The notes under the pieces: generated by a model | Databases searched by the model: none | What the model saw: only the letters and a program-made list of their open reading frames with translations | Told to the model about the DNA's origin: nothing | Origin: Acidimicrobiia bacterium | Lineage (GTDB): Bacteria > Actinomycetota > Acidimicrobiia > Spongiisociales > UBA5794 | NCBI GenBank assembly: GCA_030066715.1 | Contig: JASJBC010000045.1 | Location: 1 to 33,821 of the forward strand | Length of the DNA: 33,821 nt | Direction of reading: 5' to 3' | Shown here: positions 16,229-24,432 of the stretch, piece by piece | Numbering within the stretch: position 1 is the first letter of the stretch | How the letters are laid out: each line of letters opens with the position of its first letter | Position numbers and translations under genes: made by a program

Positions 16229-17223
16229 CCCTCCGGGAACGGTGTTCCTGCGATGAAGGCGTCGATGACGCCGGCGGCGTCGGGCTCGATGGGAATGACG
16301 TACTCCCGGCCATCCTCACGGTGGTTCGTGACCGGCAGTGTCATGGTGTGGATCTGGCCGGAATCAAGCGAAAGTGCCGCCCGACCCAGCTCGACCATCA
16401 CATTGACCGAGAAGCCGGCGTCGGCGGTGATCTGCTCGGCAAAGGTCGAGGCAAAACCGGGGAGATTGAAGGCCGCCGACTTGGACGTCGCCTTGTCGAA
16501 CATCAGCAGCAGTACCTCCTGCTGGCGGTGGGTGCGCCCGATGTCGCTGCCGTCGACGGTCTTCCAGGAGCCGTCGATCAGCTCCTGATAGTTGCGGGAA
16601 CGGGCGTACTGGAGTGCGGTCATGCCGTCCATCTCCATCGTCCCTGCATCGACGTCGAGCCCTGACTTGGTGTCGCGAGCCGGGTTGTCGAAGGTCTTGG
16701 TGATGCCGCCGAGCGAGTCGACCACGTTGGCGAATCCGACGAAGTCGATCTCGACGTAGTGGTGGATGGGTATGCCGAGGTTGTTCTGGATGGTCTGGAC
16801 CAGCAGGTCGGGGCCACCGAAGACGAATGCGGCGTTGATGCGGTTGGTGTCGTGACCCGGGATCTCCATCCGCAGGTCGCGAGGAAGGCTGAGCAGCTGT
16901 GCCCCTTCGCCCGGCACGATGTGGGCCACCATGATCACGTCGGTGCGCGACCCGCCGAAGTTGCCGAAGTCCTCGAGATCGTTGAGACCCTCGCGGCTGT
17001 CGGATCCGACGATCAGGATGTTGCGCACCCCGTTGTCCTGGATCTCGGCCTCTAGCGATGGCAACTCCTCGTCCGGGATCTTCTCGATCTTGGAGTCGAT
17101 GAAGTAGATGAAGCCGATGGCGCCGAACACGGCCACAACGGCGGTGATCAGCACACCGAGCAGCAGCTTCTTGGGAGTGCTCATTCGCGGGCGAGCCGGC
17201 ACGGATGGAGGTTGGGTGGTCAA
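16225..17223 (-). CDS. LytR-CpsA-Psr (LCP) family protein (second copy)
   Basis: 332 aa. N-terminal TM (LLLGVLITAVVAVFGAIGFIYFI). LCP core NILIVGSDSREG…RTDVIMVAHI…LSLPRDL…GGPDLLVQTIQNNLGIPIHHYVEIDFVGF. The start may be the internal MSTPKK. Confidence 0.8.
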   Translation of the reverse strand: MTTQPPSVPARPRMSTPKKLLLGVLITAVVAVFGAIGFIYFIDSKIEKIPDEELPSLEAEIQDNGVRNILIVGSDSREGLNDLEDFGNFGGSRTDVIMVAHIVPGEGAQLLSLPRDLRMEIPGHDTNRINAAFVFGGPDLLVQTIQNNLGIPIHHYVEIDFVGFANVVDSLGGITKTFDNPARDTKSGLDVDAGTMEMDGMTALQYARSRNYQELIDGSWKTVDGSDIGRTHRQQEVLLLMFDKATSKSAAFNLPGFASTFAEQITADAGFSVNVMVELGRAALSLDSGQIHTMTLPVTNHREDGREYVIPIEPDAAGVIDAFIAGTPFPEG

Positions 17224-17343
17224 GAGAGCCTCGCAGCGAAGTCGGGGTAGGGCTGCAGCGGGCAGTGTAACGAACCTGGGGAATAGCGGATCGGCCTGCT
17301 CAGCGGTGGGGGGTGTGTTCCGGGAGGTCGGCCCATGCGCCCG

Positions 17344-17895
17344 TCACGTGAGGTCGGCGGTCATAACGACATCGGCGAACTCGCCGTGGAGGTTGGCAGC
17401 GGTCATTCTGGCTACTTCGTCGGCAGGAATGGTCTCGCCGTTGATGTCGACCTGATCGAAAGCTCGTGTTGCGTCCAAGACGAAGATGGTTTCATAGCCG
17501 AGGTTGCCGGCCATCCGGGCTGTCGTCTCGCAGCAATGGTTGGTGGTTATGCCTGCAATGGCGACTCCGGTGATTCCACGATGCCGCAACCAGGCATCGA
17601 GGTCCGGTTCTCCGTAGAAGGCCGAGTTGACGTTCTTGGTAACCAACAGGTCCGGTTCTCCCGCGAGCTCAGGCTTGAGCGCGTTGCCCGGTTGGTTGGG
17701 GCGCAGTGGAGACTCCGGCAGCACGGAATCGTGGCGGACAAAGACAACCGGACGCTTCGCACGCCTCCATGCCGCAATCAGCTTTGCGATATTGGCCTCA
17801 GCGTCGGGATTGTTGCCCGGGCCCCAATAAGAGTCGTCGAATCCCGTCTGCACGTCGACGACGAGGAGAGCGGTGGCGTTGAGATCGTGGACCAT
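17344..17895 (-). CDS. Isochorismatase-family cysteine hydrolase
   Basis: 183 aa. LLVVDVQ.GF N-terminal motif (catalytic Asp). Conserved K (VTKN) and catalytic Cys in GITTNHCCETTAR. Typical isochorismatase/CSHase fold signature. Confidence 0.8.
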   Translation of the reverse strand: MVHDLNATALLVVDVQTGFDDSYWGPGNNPDAEANIAKLIAAWRRAKRPVVFVRHDSVLPESPLRPNQPGNALKPELAGEPDLLVTKNVNSAFYGEPDLDAWLRHRGITGVAIAGITTNHCCETTARMAGNLGYETIFVLDATRAFDQVDINGETIPADEVARMTAANLHGEFADVVMTADLT

Positions 17896-17960
17896 GGCGG
17901 TGATGCTACCGGCGGCGAGTGTGGGGAGCCCCGTGCGGCGCCCAGCTCGAGTTCCTCGTG

Positions 17961-19013
17961 TCAGCTGGGGACTGGTCTTGCGTCGAGCCAGCGGATCCCC
18001 GCAAGCACCCGACCGCTGTAGTCGTTCCGCAGTGCGAGTTTCCGGCCCGCGTCCGGTGGAGTCCTGACGGCACCCGCCCAGCCGATCATCCCCCGGATCT
18101 GTATGCGGAGTGCCAGCGCCGCGGTCCGGGTTATCTCGTCGAGGCCCGCATCTACGCCGTAGCGCTGTAGCGATGACGCGTATCTTGCGAGAAGTTGGTC
18201 GGGATCGATCGGAGCGTCGTTGCGGAAGGCAAGGCTGACCAAGAGCACTGCGACGTCAACCGCAGGCGGCCCGATCGCTGCGCCCGACCAGTCGAGCAGT
18301 ACCGGACTGCCGTCGGCTCGCCACAGTATGTTGTCGAGGTGCGGGTCTCGATGCACCCACGACGCCGGCCCGAGCGCCAACACCTGAATCGCGGCGGTTG
18401 CCTCGTCGCTGCAGGCGGCCAGTCGTTCGACGATTTGCGCTGTGTAGTGATCCGGATATCGCTCGCGGGCCTTCTCGAGACGGTTGCTCCACCGTTCCGG
18501 TGCCCAGGCGGCAGCGGACCATCGGTCGAGTTCGATAGGGGCATCGGAAGCGGCGTCAAACCAGGTGGTGGCGTGGAGGCGGGCGACGATGTCGATCAGG
18601 TCTAGGGCTTGGGCAAGTGTGCAGCCGGCCAGGTCGTCGCCTTGCGTGGCTTGCGGGATGTCCTCCAAGAGGATCACTCCCTGGCCCTGGGAGTCGAGGT
18701 ACGACCCGTATGAGGCCGGAATCACGCCGGCGAGCAGTCGCTCGTTGTGAGCCCGGAAGGTGACGGCGCGCCGTATCTCGTCCTCAGCTTCGATCTTGGC
18801 TACGAGCGTCGGGGTGGCCCCGGCAATGGTCGGGGCGAAGAGCCGGTAGACGCGACCGCTGAGACCGAACTCGCCGCCGATCCGCTCGCCCCGCACCGAC
18901 GCCACTGTCCCGTCGGTCCAGACACGTGAGCGTTCGAGCTGGGTGTTCAGCCAATCGACGTCGAACTCGTTGCCGTCGCTGGGAAATCGCATGGGTGGAG
19001 TCTGGTCGCGCAC
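17961..19013 (-). CDS. Phosphotransferase (APH/choline-kinase-like) family protein
   Basis: 350 aa. Brenner motif VHRDPHLDNILW (HxDxxxxN) and downstream DW (LLDWSGAAIGPPAVD), characteristic of PF01636 aminoglycoside/small-molecule kinases. Substrate unknown. Confidence 0.7.
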   Translation of the reverse strand: MRDQTPPMRFPSDGNEFDVDWLNTQLERSRVWTDGTVASVRGERIGGEFGLSGRVYRLFAPTIAGATPTLVAKIEAEDEIRRAVTFRAHNERLLAGVIPASYGSYLDSQGQGVILLEDIPQATQGDDLAGCTLAQALDLIDIVARLHATTWFDAASDAPIELDRWSAAAWAPERWSNRLEKARERYPDHYTAQIVERLAACSDEATAAIQVLALGPASWVHRDPHLDNILWRADGSPVLLDWSGAAIGPPAVDVAVLLVSLAFRNDAPIDPDQLLARYASSLQRYGVDAGLDEITRTAALALRIQIRGMIGWAGAVRTPPDAGRKLALRNDYSGRVLAGIRWLDARPVPS

Positions 19014-19060
19014 CGGTCACCATGCGAGCGGGGACGCGGAGGTGCTGCTCAAGGCCCATG

Positions 19061-19090
19061 CGGCCATCTTCCCGACGTATCCTTCCAGAT
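19061..19090. repeat. Copy 1 of a 30-35-bp dispersed direct repeat (GCGGCCATCTTCCCGACGTATCCTTCCAGAT)
   Basis: Identical at all but 2 positions to copy 2 (20209-20240), and closely similar to copy 3 (20897-20925). Lies in the 98-bp gap between the HEPN stop and the phosphotransferase start, at the boundary where GC content drops. Confidence 0.55.
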
Positions 19091-19111
19091 CTAGGTGGTT
19101 CATTGAGGGAG

Positions 19112-19516
19112 TCAGGCCTGGGCTGCCAGTTCAAGGAGACGCTGCATGGCGCGGATTGCTCGTTTCGCTTCTGTCACCGTTGGGTCGGTTTGCTCGTACT
19201 GCGCCTTGTTCTTTGCGGACAGCAGAGTCGCTAGCTCCCTTCTCGCAGACGTCCCAAGGTCGCCCGCCTGGCCGAGCAGGTCCAAGGCCTGTTGATGGTC
19301 ACTTCCGGCAGCGCGCTGTCCAAGGCGTCGACAGCAGATCGCGTCGGCAGCGGCGATGCCGGCCAGCACGGCATTGCTAACCGCTGCCGACCTCGCTGGC
19401 CCGTCTGATGCGAAGGGATCCAATTCGGCTAGTTCGGCGAACGCTTTGGCCTGTTGATGCCTCTGCGCACCGTCTTGCCGATCGCAACGCCTGGTACGGG
19501 ACGTCTTCTTGGCCAT
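19112..19516 (-). CDS. Putative HEPN-domain protein (toxin partner of the upstream nucleotidyltransferase)
   Basis: 134 aa, all-helical, with conserved-looking R/H positions. Its start overlaps the stop of the upstream wHTH-NTase gene by 1 nt, the classic MNT-HEPN operon order. No canonical Rx4-6H motif is obvious, so the family call is tentative. Confidence 0.5.
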   Translation of the reverse strand: MAKKTSRTRRCDRQDGAQRHQQAKAFAELAELDPFASDGPARSAAVSNAVLAGIAAADAICCRRLGQRAAGSDHQQALDLLGQAGDLGTSARRELATLLSAKNKAQYEQTDPTVTEAKRAIRAMQRLLELAAQA

Positions 19517-20106
19517 CAGGTGTTGTCCGTCGCCACGAGGTCGATACGTTCCGCTTCGATGCTGGCAAAGAGGCTCGGAGATGTTTCTGCTAATCGCTCG
19601 AACTCACTCGTCGTGTAGTGAAGCAGGTTGCATTCGTTGCCTGTCAGCCGGTTGATCCGCGGCGCAATGTCCTGCTCTCGCTCCCTCGAGGATGCGTCGT
19701 CACTCCAGACGAGCACGATGTCGATGTCGCTCTCCTCGTTGGCCGAGTTGGTTGCGAGGGATCCAAAGAGGATTGCCTGCCGAACTGTTGGAGCTTCCTC
19801 GACAATGATTGCTCCCATAGCGTCCAGAAGCTGTCTCCTCAGATCCACGATCTGTAGCACGAACGGCGCGAGTATGTGTTCTCTGTTCAAGGTGTTGAGC
19901 ACAGCGTTACCTGCTGTGACCTGGGTAACCAAGCCGTGTGCCGCAAGTTCGTCCAGAGCGTTCTGCACGCCCTGCTGGCTCACTCTTCGGTGGGCGAGTC
20001 GCATGACTTCACGCCCAGACAAGGGCTTGGTTGTACCCGCGAGGACCTCAAGTACTCGACCGGCGAGACTCGGGATGAGCGAGGTAAGGGGATGGCGGAG
20101 GTTCAT
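19516..20106 (-). CDS. wHTH-fused minimal nucleotidyltransferase (MNT/MntA-like antitoxin)
   Basis: 196 aa. N-terminal winged-helix (…LSGREVMRLAHRRVSQQGVQNALDELAAHGLV…). Polymerase-beta-type NTase motif ILFGSLATNSANEESDIDIVLV (GS-x9-13-DxD). GC about 55%, versus about 68% in flanking genes. Confidence 0.7.
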   Translation of the reverse strand: MNLRHPLTSLIPSLAGRVLEVLAGTTKPLSGREVMRLAHRRVSQQGVQNALDELAAHGLVTQVTAGNAVLNTLNREHILAPFVLQIVDLRRQLLDAMGAIIVEEAPTVRQAILFGSLATNSANEESDIDIVLVWSDDASSREREQDIAPRINRLTGNECNLLHYTTSEFERLAETSPSLFASIEAERIDLVATDNT

Positions 20107-20153
20107 ATGCCAAGCATAGTTGGCATATGACCATTTGAATAGGCATTTGCCAA
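20104..20153. promoter_or_regulatory. Cluster of TTGGCA/TGCCAA inverted half-sites overlapping the MNT start codon (candidate autoregulatory TA operator)
   Basis: CATATGCCAA-gcatag-TTGGCATATG is a perfect 10-bp inverted repeat that includes the ATG. A third site …GGCATTTGCCAA follows 20 nt further upstream, preceded by TTGACT-like -35 sequence on the minus strand. Confidence 0.35.
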
Positions 20154-20208
20154 CTCAGCTAGTCAATCTACTGCCAGGAACGTCGGCTACCACACCTCGG
20201 CGCCCGTG

Positions 20209-20240
20209 CCGCCATCTTCCCGACATATCCTTCCGGATTG
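20209..20240. repeat. Copy 2 of the dispersed direct repeat (GCCGCCATCTTCCCGACATATCCTTCCGGATT)
   Basis: See copy 1. Located between the TA module and the zinc-ribbon membrane protein gene. Confidence 0.55.
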
Positions 20241-20386
20241 CGGTGGTGGGATGAGGGCAGACGGGACGGGCAACTGACGCGTGGACCATTGCAGAGGGAG
20301 CCTTGTTCCTGGTGCGTCATTCTGATATGTCTGCAGTGGCAACTGTCGGGCTGCCACGCGGCTGGCAGACCCGGGGAAAGGACTTC

Positions 20387-20800
20387 ATGACTGATCCCGT
20401 TGTCGTGTGCTGGAGCTGCCACACCAATGTGGACGCGGGTCTTTCTGAGTGTCCTCGCTGCAGGGCAGGGCTAGGGCCTGAAGATCGTGGATTGAGCGTC
20501 GGGGACCACCAGAGTGAGCAAGAGCTCTTGAAGGCTAGGTCGGGGGTCGGCGATTCATCCGTAGCGAACCATGTAGGAACCGAGCGACCATTCGAGAAGA
20601 TAGTGATTGGTTGCATCATCGTCTTGCTGATGGTTGGTGGGGGCACGTTTCTCGGCATGTTGTTCGCGGGCTGGATAAGTGGTTGTGAATCCTTCGGTTG
20701 TCTTGCTCCCGCCGCGATTGGTGTGTTCCTCGGAGGTGCTGTTGGTCTTGTGTGGAGCATCACCATCCTGGTCCGCAGGAACTCCCGCCGAGCCAAGTAG
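20387..20800 (+). CDS. Small zinc-ribbon membrane protein (CxxC-x14-CxxC + 2 TM), function unknown
   Basis: Start chosen at ATG 20387 (MTDPVVVCWSCHTNVDAGLSECPRCRAGL…), preceded by GGAAAGGA RBS. C-terminal two hydrophobic helices (IVIGCIIVLLMVGGGTFLGMLFAGWI…AAIGVFLGGAVGLVWSITILV). Basic tail RRNSRRAK. GC about 57%. Confidence 0.5.
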   Translation: MTDPVVVCWSCHTNVDAGLSECPRCRAGLGPEDRGLSVGDHQSEQELLKARSGVGDSSVANHVGTERPFEKIVIGCIIVLLMVGGGTFLGMLFAGWISGCESFGCLAPAAIGVFLGGAVGLVWSITILVRRNSRRAK

Positions 20801-20896
20801 TGCCGGCGCCTGAGTTAGGCAGATGGTGGAAGCGGCGGTCTGTGCAACCGACGGCGGGTTTCCTGGATGAGAGTCTCCGGGTTCTCAAGCACCAGT

Positions 20897-20925
20897 GACC
20901 TTCCCGGCATATCCTTCCAGATTGG
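20897..20925. repeat. Copy 3 (more diverged) of the dispersed direct repeat (GACCTTCCCGGCATATCCTTCCAGATTGG)
   Basis: Shares the CTTCCCGRCRTATCCTTCCRGAT core with copies 1 and 2. Marks the right edge of the lower-GC segment. Confidence 0.45.
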
Positions 20926-21084
20926 GGTCGCGGTCTAGCGAGGTGTCCGCTCGCTGAAGCCGGATAATGAGCGCCGGTGGGTGCGCGATATCGCTCCCGG
21001 CCGTGAGTGCTTGGGTACCGGATCAAGCGCTAAGGACTGCGAGGTGGCCACGGCTCCGTTCCCGTGCGAGCCTGCGTAGCGCCG

Positions 21085-22005
21085 CTACTGGTCCTCATCC
21101 AGCTTGCTGAAGGCGGTTGCGACCCGCTCGAGAAACCACCGCACCCCTGGCTCGTCCCCTTCCGCCGCGCTGCGGAACAGCGAAAGCCCCATGGGGGGAA
21201 GGTCGAAGGGTATCTCGCGATGGTCGAGGTGAAAGGCGATCGCTGTGTTGCCTATGGCCACCGACGGCACGGTGAGCAACAGGTCCGTCTGGGCGAGTAT
21301 CGGCGCGGCCATAGAGAAGGTAGGAACCATGGCCCCTACTACACGGCGAATGCCGAGCTGAGAGGCCCGCCGGTCGATTGGGCTTCGCCCGCGAACGCCT
21401 GACGTGTGAACCCGCAGGTGGGGGTAGTCCGACCACGCCTCCGCGGACCAGTCGGCGAAGGCCGGGTGGCCTTCGCGGCCGTACACGGCCCAGGGCCAAG
21501 TCCCCAGCGGCTGACCACGTAGGTCCTCATCCCGGATGCCATCGGGCGCGATGAGGGCGTCGTAGCGGCCCTCGGCTAGCTCCCGAACCGCTGTTGCGGA
21601 GTAGGGCGCCAGCTCGACGCGGATCCCGGGTGCTGCATTCCTCACGTCCTGCAGCAGTGCCGGCACGAGTGAGGCGATGAAGTCGGGTGCAGCCAGACGG
21701 AACGTGCGGGTCGATGTGGTGGGTTCGAAGGGCTCCGGAGTCGCGATCGTGCGCGCCACTTGCTGGAGCACCCGGGGCAGTGTTTCCGCTAATCCCTCGG
21801 CGCGAACGGTTGGGCGCATGCGCCGCCCGTCCCGGAGTAACAGTTCGTCGTCGAACAGTTCGCGGAGGCGCTTGAGGGCGTGGCTGACGGCGGATGGGGT
21901 GAGGTCGAGCCTTTCCGCGGCACCGGTGACGCTTCGCTCCTCCAGCAACACATCGAGGACGACGAGCAGGTTGAGGTCAACCTCTCGTAATTGAATATCA
22001 TTCAT
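21085..22005 (-). CDS. LysR-family transcriptional regulator
   Basis: 306 aa. N-terminal HTH (…LNLLVVLDVLLEERSVTGAAERLDLTPSAVSHALKRLRE…). C-terminal periplasmic-binding-protein-like effector domain. Divergently arranged with a small membrane protein gene. Confidence 0.85.
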   Translation of the reverse strand: MNDIQLREVDLNLLVVLDVLLEERSVTGAAERLDLTPSAVSHALKRLRELFDDELLLRDGRRMRPTVRAEGLAETLPRVLQQVARTIATPEPFEPTTSTRTFRLAAPDFIASLVPALLQDVRNAAPGIRVELAPYSATAVRELAEGRYDALIAPDGIRDEDLRGQPLGTWPWAVYGREGHPAFADWSAEAWSDYPHLRVHTSGVRGRSPIDRRASQLGIRRVVGAMVPTFSMAAPILAQTDLLLTVPSVAIGNTAIAFHLDHREIPFDLPPMGLSLFRSAAEGDEPGVRWFLERVATAFSKLDEDQ

Positions 22006-22011
22006 ACTTTA

Positions 22012-22033
22012 TGAATCCATGTTATTTGATTCA
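22012..22033. promoter_or_regulatory. Candidate LysR-type binding site (inverted repeat TGAATC-N10-GATTCA) in the divergent promoter region
   Basis: Lies in the AT-rich 87-bp interval between the LysR start (22005) and the divergent ORF (22093). The inverted repeat has the T-N11-A-like geometry of LTTR boxes. Confidence 0.35.
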
Positions 22034-22092
22034 CAGTATAGGCCTGAGTATCTTCTGCGCCCTAACTCGATACTGAGCAAGGAGACAACAGC

Positions 22093-22542
22093 ATGTTCGA
22101 GAGGTTCAAGAACTCACCGATACCAATCTGGGTGAACGTATTCCTGATCGTGACCGTGCTGCTCATGGCCGTGCAGGTGTTTTGGAATTACTTCGATCAC
22201 CAATACCTCTTGGATGCAGGCATAACGATCGGGGGCGACCCTGACAAGAATGTCCTGTACACAACGGCAGGACGACTGGTGGCGATGATCGGTGCGTCGA
22301 TCTTCGTTCTGATTACTCAGAATCCAGCTCAACATGCCGTCGTGTGGTTCATGAGCATCCTTCGTGAAGGCCAGGAGATGTTCATTGACCCGCTATTCCC
22401 ATATGCGAATAGCCCAGCCGCGCCGATAGCCGATTTCGGGATTCATGTCGTGATCGTTGCGCTCGAGATAGCGGCGTTCGTAACTGTGTACAGAATCTGG
22501 AGGCAGGAGCGGAGTAGCGCACCTGCGAGTGCTCTGACATAG
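22093..22542 (+). CDS. Hypothetical small membrane protein (about 4 TM), compositionally atypical (about 50% GC)
   Basis: 149 aa with 4 predicted hydrophobic helices. AGGAGA RBS (caaGGAGAcaacagcATG). GC content about 15-18 points below its neighbours. Divergent from the LysR gene. Confidence 0.5.
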   Translation: MFERFKNSPIPIWVNVFLIVTVLLMAVQVFWNYFDHQYLLDAGITIGGDPDKNVLYTTAGRLVAMIGASIFVLITQNPAQHAVVWFMSILREGQEMFIDPLFPYANSPAAPIADFGIHVVIVALEIAAFVTVYRIWRQERSSAPASALT

Positions 22543-22682
22543 CCCTTCAGATCTGGGCGATCTCGCCTGACCTCTTCCGTTCCTGCGTTGCTGCTGCCGA
22601 AATGTCGGCCTCATCAACGCCAGAACGCCGGCGCCCCCGGCCTTCCTGCGGACGGGATCGCCGGCACAGGTACGATGTCCGG

Positions 22683-24365
22683 ATGAGTAAAGAACTGAAT
22701 CGCATCAGCCGGCGTATCACCCAAGAGGCCTCGCAGGGAGGCTCCCAGGCGATGCTCTACGCCACCGGCCTGACCGAAGCGGATATGGACAAGGCCCAGG
22801 TCGGCATCGCCAGCATGTGGTACGAGGGGAACCCCTGCAACATGCACTTGAACGATCTCGCCGCGAAGGTCCGGGAAGGTGTGCTCGCCGCAGACTTGGT
22901 GGCCATGCGGTTCAACACCATTGGTGTCTCGGACGGCATGTCGATGGGTACCGACGGCATGAGCTTCTCGCTCCAGTCACGGGACCTCATCGCCGACTCG
23001 ATCGAGACCGTCATGCGGGCGCAGTGGTACGACGCCAACATCTCTCTACCCGGCTGTGACAAGAACATGCCGGGGTCGGTGATGGCGATGGCTCGCCTCA
23101 ACGTCCCTTCGCTCATGATCTACGGCGGCACCATCCGGGCCGGCCATCTCGACGACGGCACACCGCTCGACATCGTCTCCGCCTTCCAGTCGTACGGGGA
23201 ATGGATGGCCGGCCGTGCGACAGAGGAGCAGCGCCTCGATGTTGTTCGTCACGCTTGTCCGGGCGAGGGCGCGTGCGGCGGGATGTACACGGCCAACACG
23301 ATGGCGTCGGCCATCGAAGCTCTGGGGATGAGCCTTCCGTACTCGTCTTCGACTCCCGCGACCGATCCGGGCAAGCTTCAGGAGTGTTTCGACGCCGGTG
23401 CGGCGATCAGGAACCTCCTCGAGCAGAACATCACGCCGCTGGACATCATGACCCGCCCCGCGTTCGAGAACGCAATGGCGGTCGTGATGGCAACCGGCGG
23501 TTCGACCAACTCCGTGTTGCACCTCATCGCCATGTCCCGAGCCGCCGGCGTCGATCTGACCATCGATGACTTCCAGGCCGTCAGCGACCGCACTCCCTAT
23601 CTCGCCGACCTCAAGCCGAGCGGGCGGTACGTGATGGAGGACCTGCACGCTGTCGGCGGCACCCCTGCCGTCCTCAAGCTGCTCCTCGAACACGACGCCA
23701 TCGACGGCAACTGCATGACGGTCACCGGGAAGACCCTCGCCGAGAACCTCGAGGAACTGCCCGCTCTTGCCGACGGTCAGCAGATCGTGCAGAGCTGGGA
23801 CGCACCGATCAAGGACAGCGGCCACCTGCAGATCCTCCGCGGCAACCTCGCGCCCGACGGCGCCGTCGCCAAGATCACCGGTAAGGAAGGCCTCCGCTTC
23901 AGCGGCACCGCACGCGTCTTCGAATATGAGGAGGACATGCCACCGGCGCTCGAACGCGGGGAGATTGGTCCCGGCGACGTTGTCGTCATCCGCTACGAAG
24001 GGCCGAAGGGCGGGCCCGGCATGCCGGAGATGCTGACTCCGACCTCACTCATTGTCGGCGCCGGCCTGGGCAACGATGTCGCGCTCATCACCGACGGGCG
24101 TTTCTCCGGTGGCTCGCACGGCTTCATCATCGGGCACATCACCCCGGAGGCTCAGGAAGGCGGCCCGATCGCTCTCATCGAGGACGGCGACACGATCACC
24201 ATCGACGCCGCCACCCGGTCGCTCACACTCGAGGTCGATGCCGAGGAGCTCGCCAGGCGTAAACAGGTATGGAGCGCTCCTCCGCTCAAAGCCACCCGCG
24301 GCACCCTCCACCGCTACATCAAGACGGTGAAGTCCGCCTCGGAAGGCTGCGTGACCGACGAATAA
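22683..24365 (+). CDS. ilvD: Dihydroxy-acid dehydratase
   Basis: 560 aa from ATG 22683 ([14 protein letters not shown]…). IlvD/EDD family motifs: [16 protein letters not shown] (Fe-S ligand Cys), and C-terminal GxxGHIxPEA. The upstream in-frame extension is rejected. Confidence 0.9.
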   Translation: MSKELNRISRRITQEASQGGSQAMLYATGLTEADMDKAQVGIASMWYEGNPCNMHLNDLAAKVREGVLAADLVAMRFNTIGVSDGMSMGTDGMSFSLQSRDLIADSIETVMRAQWYDANISLPGCDKNMPGSVMAMARLNVPSLMIYGGTIRAGHLDDGTPLDIVSAFQSYGEWMAGRATEEQRLDVVRHACPGEGACGGMYTANTMASAIEALGMSLPYSSSTPATDPGKLQECFDAGAAIRNLLEQNITPLDIMTRPAFENAMAVVMATGGSTNSVLHLIAMSRAAGVDLTIDDFQAVSDRTPYLADLKPSGRYVMEDLHAVGGTPAVLKLLLEHDAIDGNCMTVTGKTLAENLEELPALADGQQIVQSWDAPIKDSGHLQILRGNLAPDGAVAKITGKEGLRFSGTARVFEYEEDMPPALERGEIGPGDVVVIRYEGPKGGPGMPEMLTPTSLIVGAGLGNDVALITDGRFSGGSHGFIIGHITPEAQEGGPIALIEDGDTITIDAATRSLTLEVDAEELARRKQVWSAPPLKATRGTLHRYIKTVKSASEGCVTDE

Positions 24366-24371
24366 GCCGAA

Positions 24372-24413
24372 CTTGCGTAGCGAGCGGCACATATGTGCCG
24401 CCAGTTACGCAAG
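24372..24413. terminator. Nested palindromic stem-loop between convergent ilvD and Fe-S protein genes (putative bidirectional terminator)
   Basis: CTTGCGTA-…GGCACATATGTGCC…-TACGCAAG. Outer 8-bp arms with an inner perfect 14-bp palindrome, sitting in the 67-bp gap between two convergent stops. Confidence 0.45.
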
Positions 24414-24432
24414 AACGGGGGGAGGGGACCAC

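Noticed and set aside
19061-20925. Three similar about 30-bp repeats considered as a possible CRISPR array
   Set aside because: Only three copies. Spacings of 1148 and 686 bp are far larger than CRISPR spacers and contain whole genes. No cas genes nearby.
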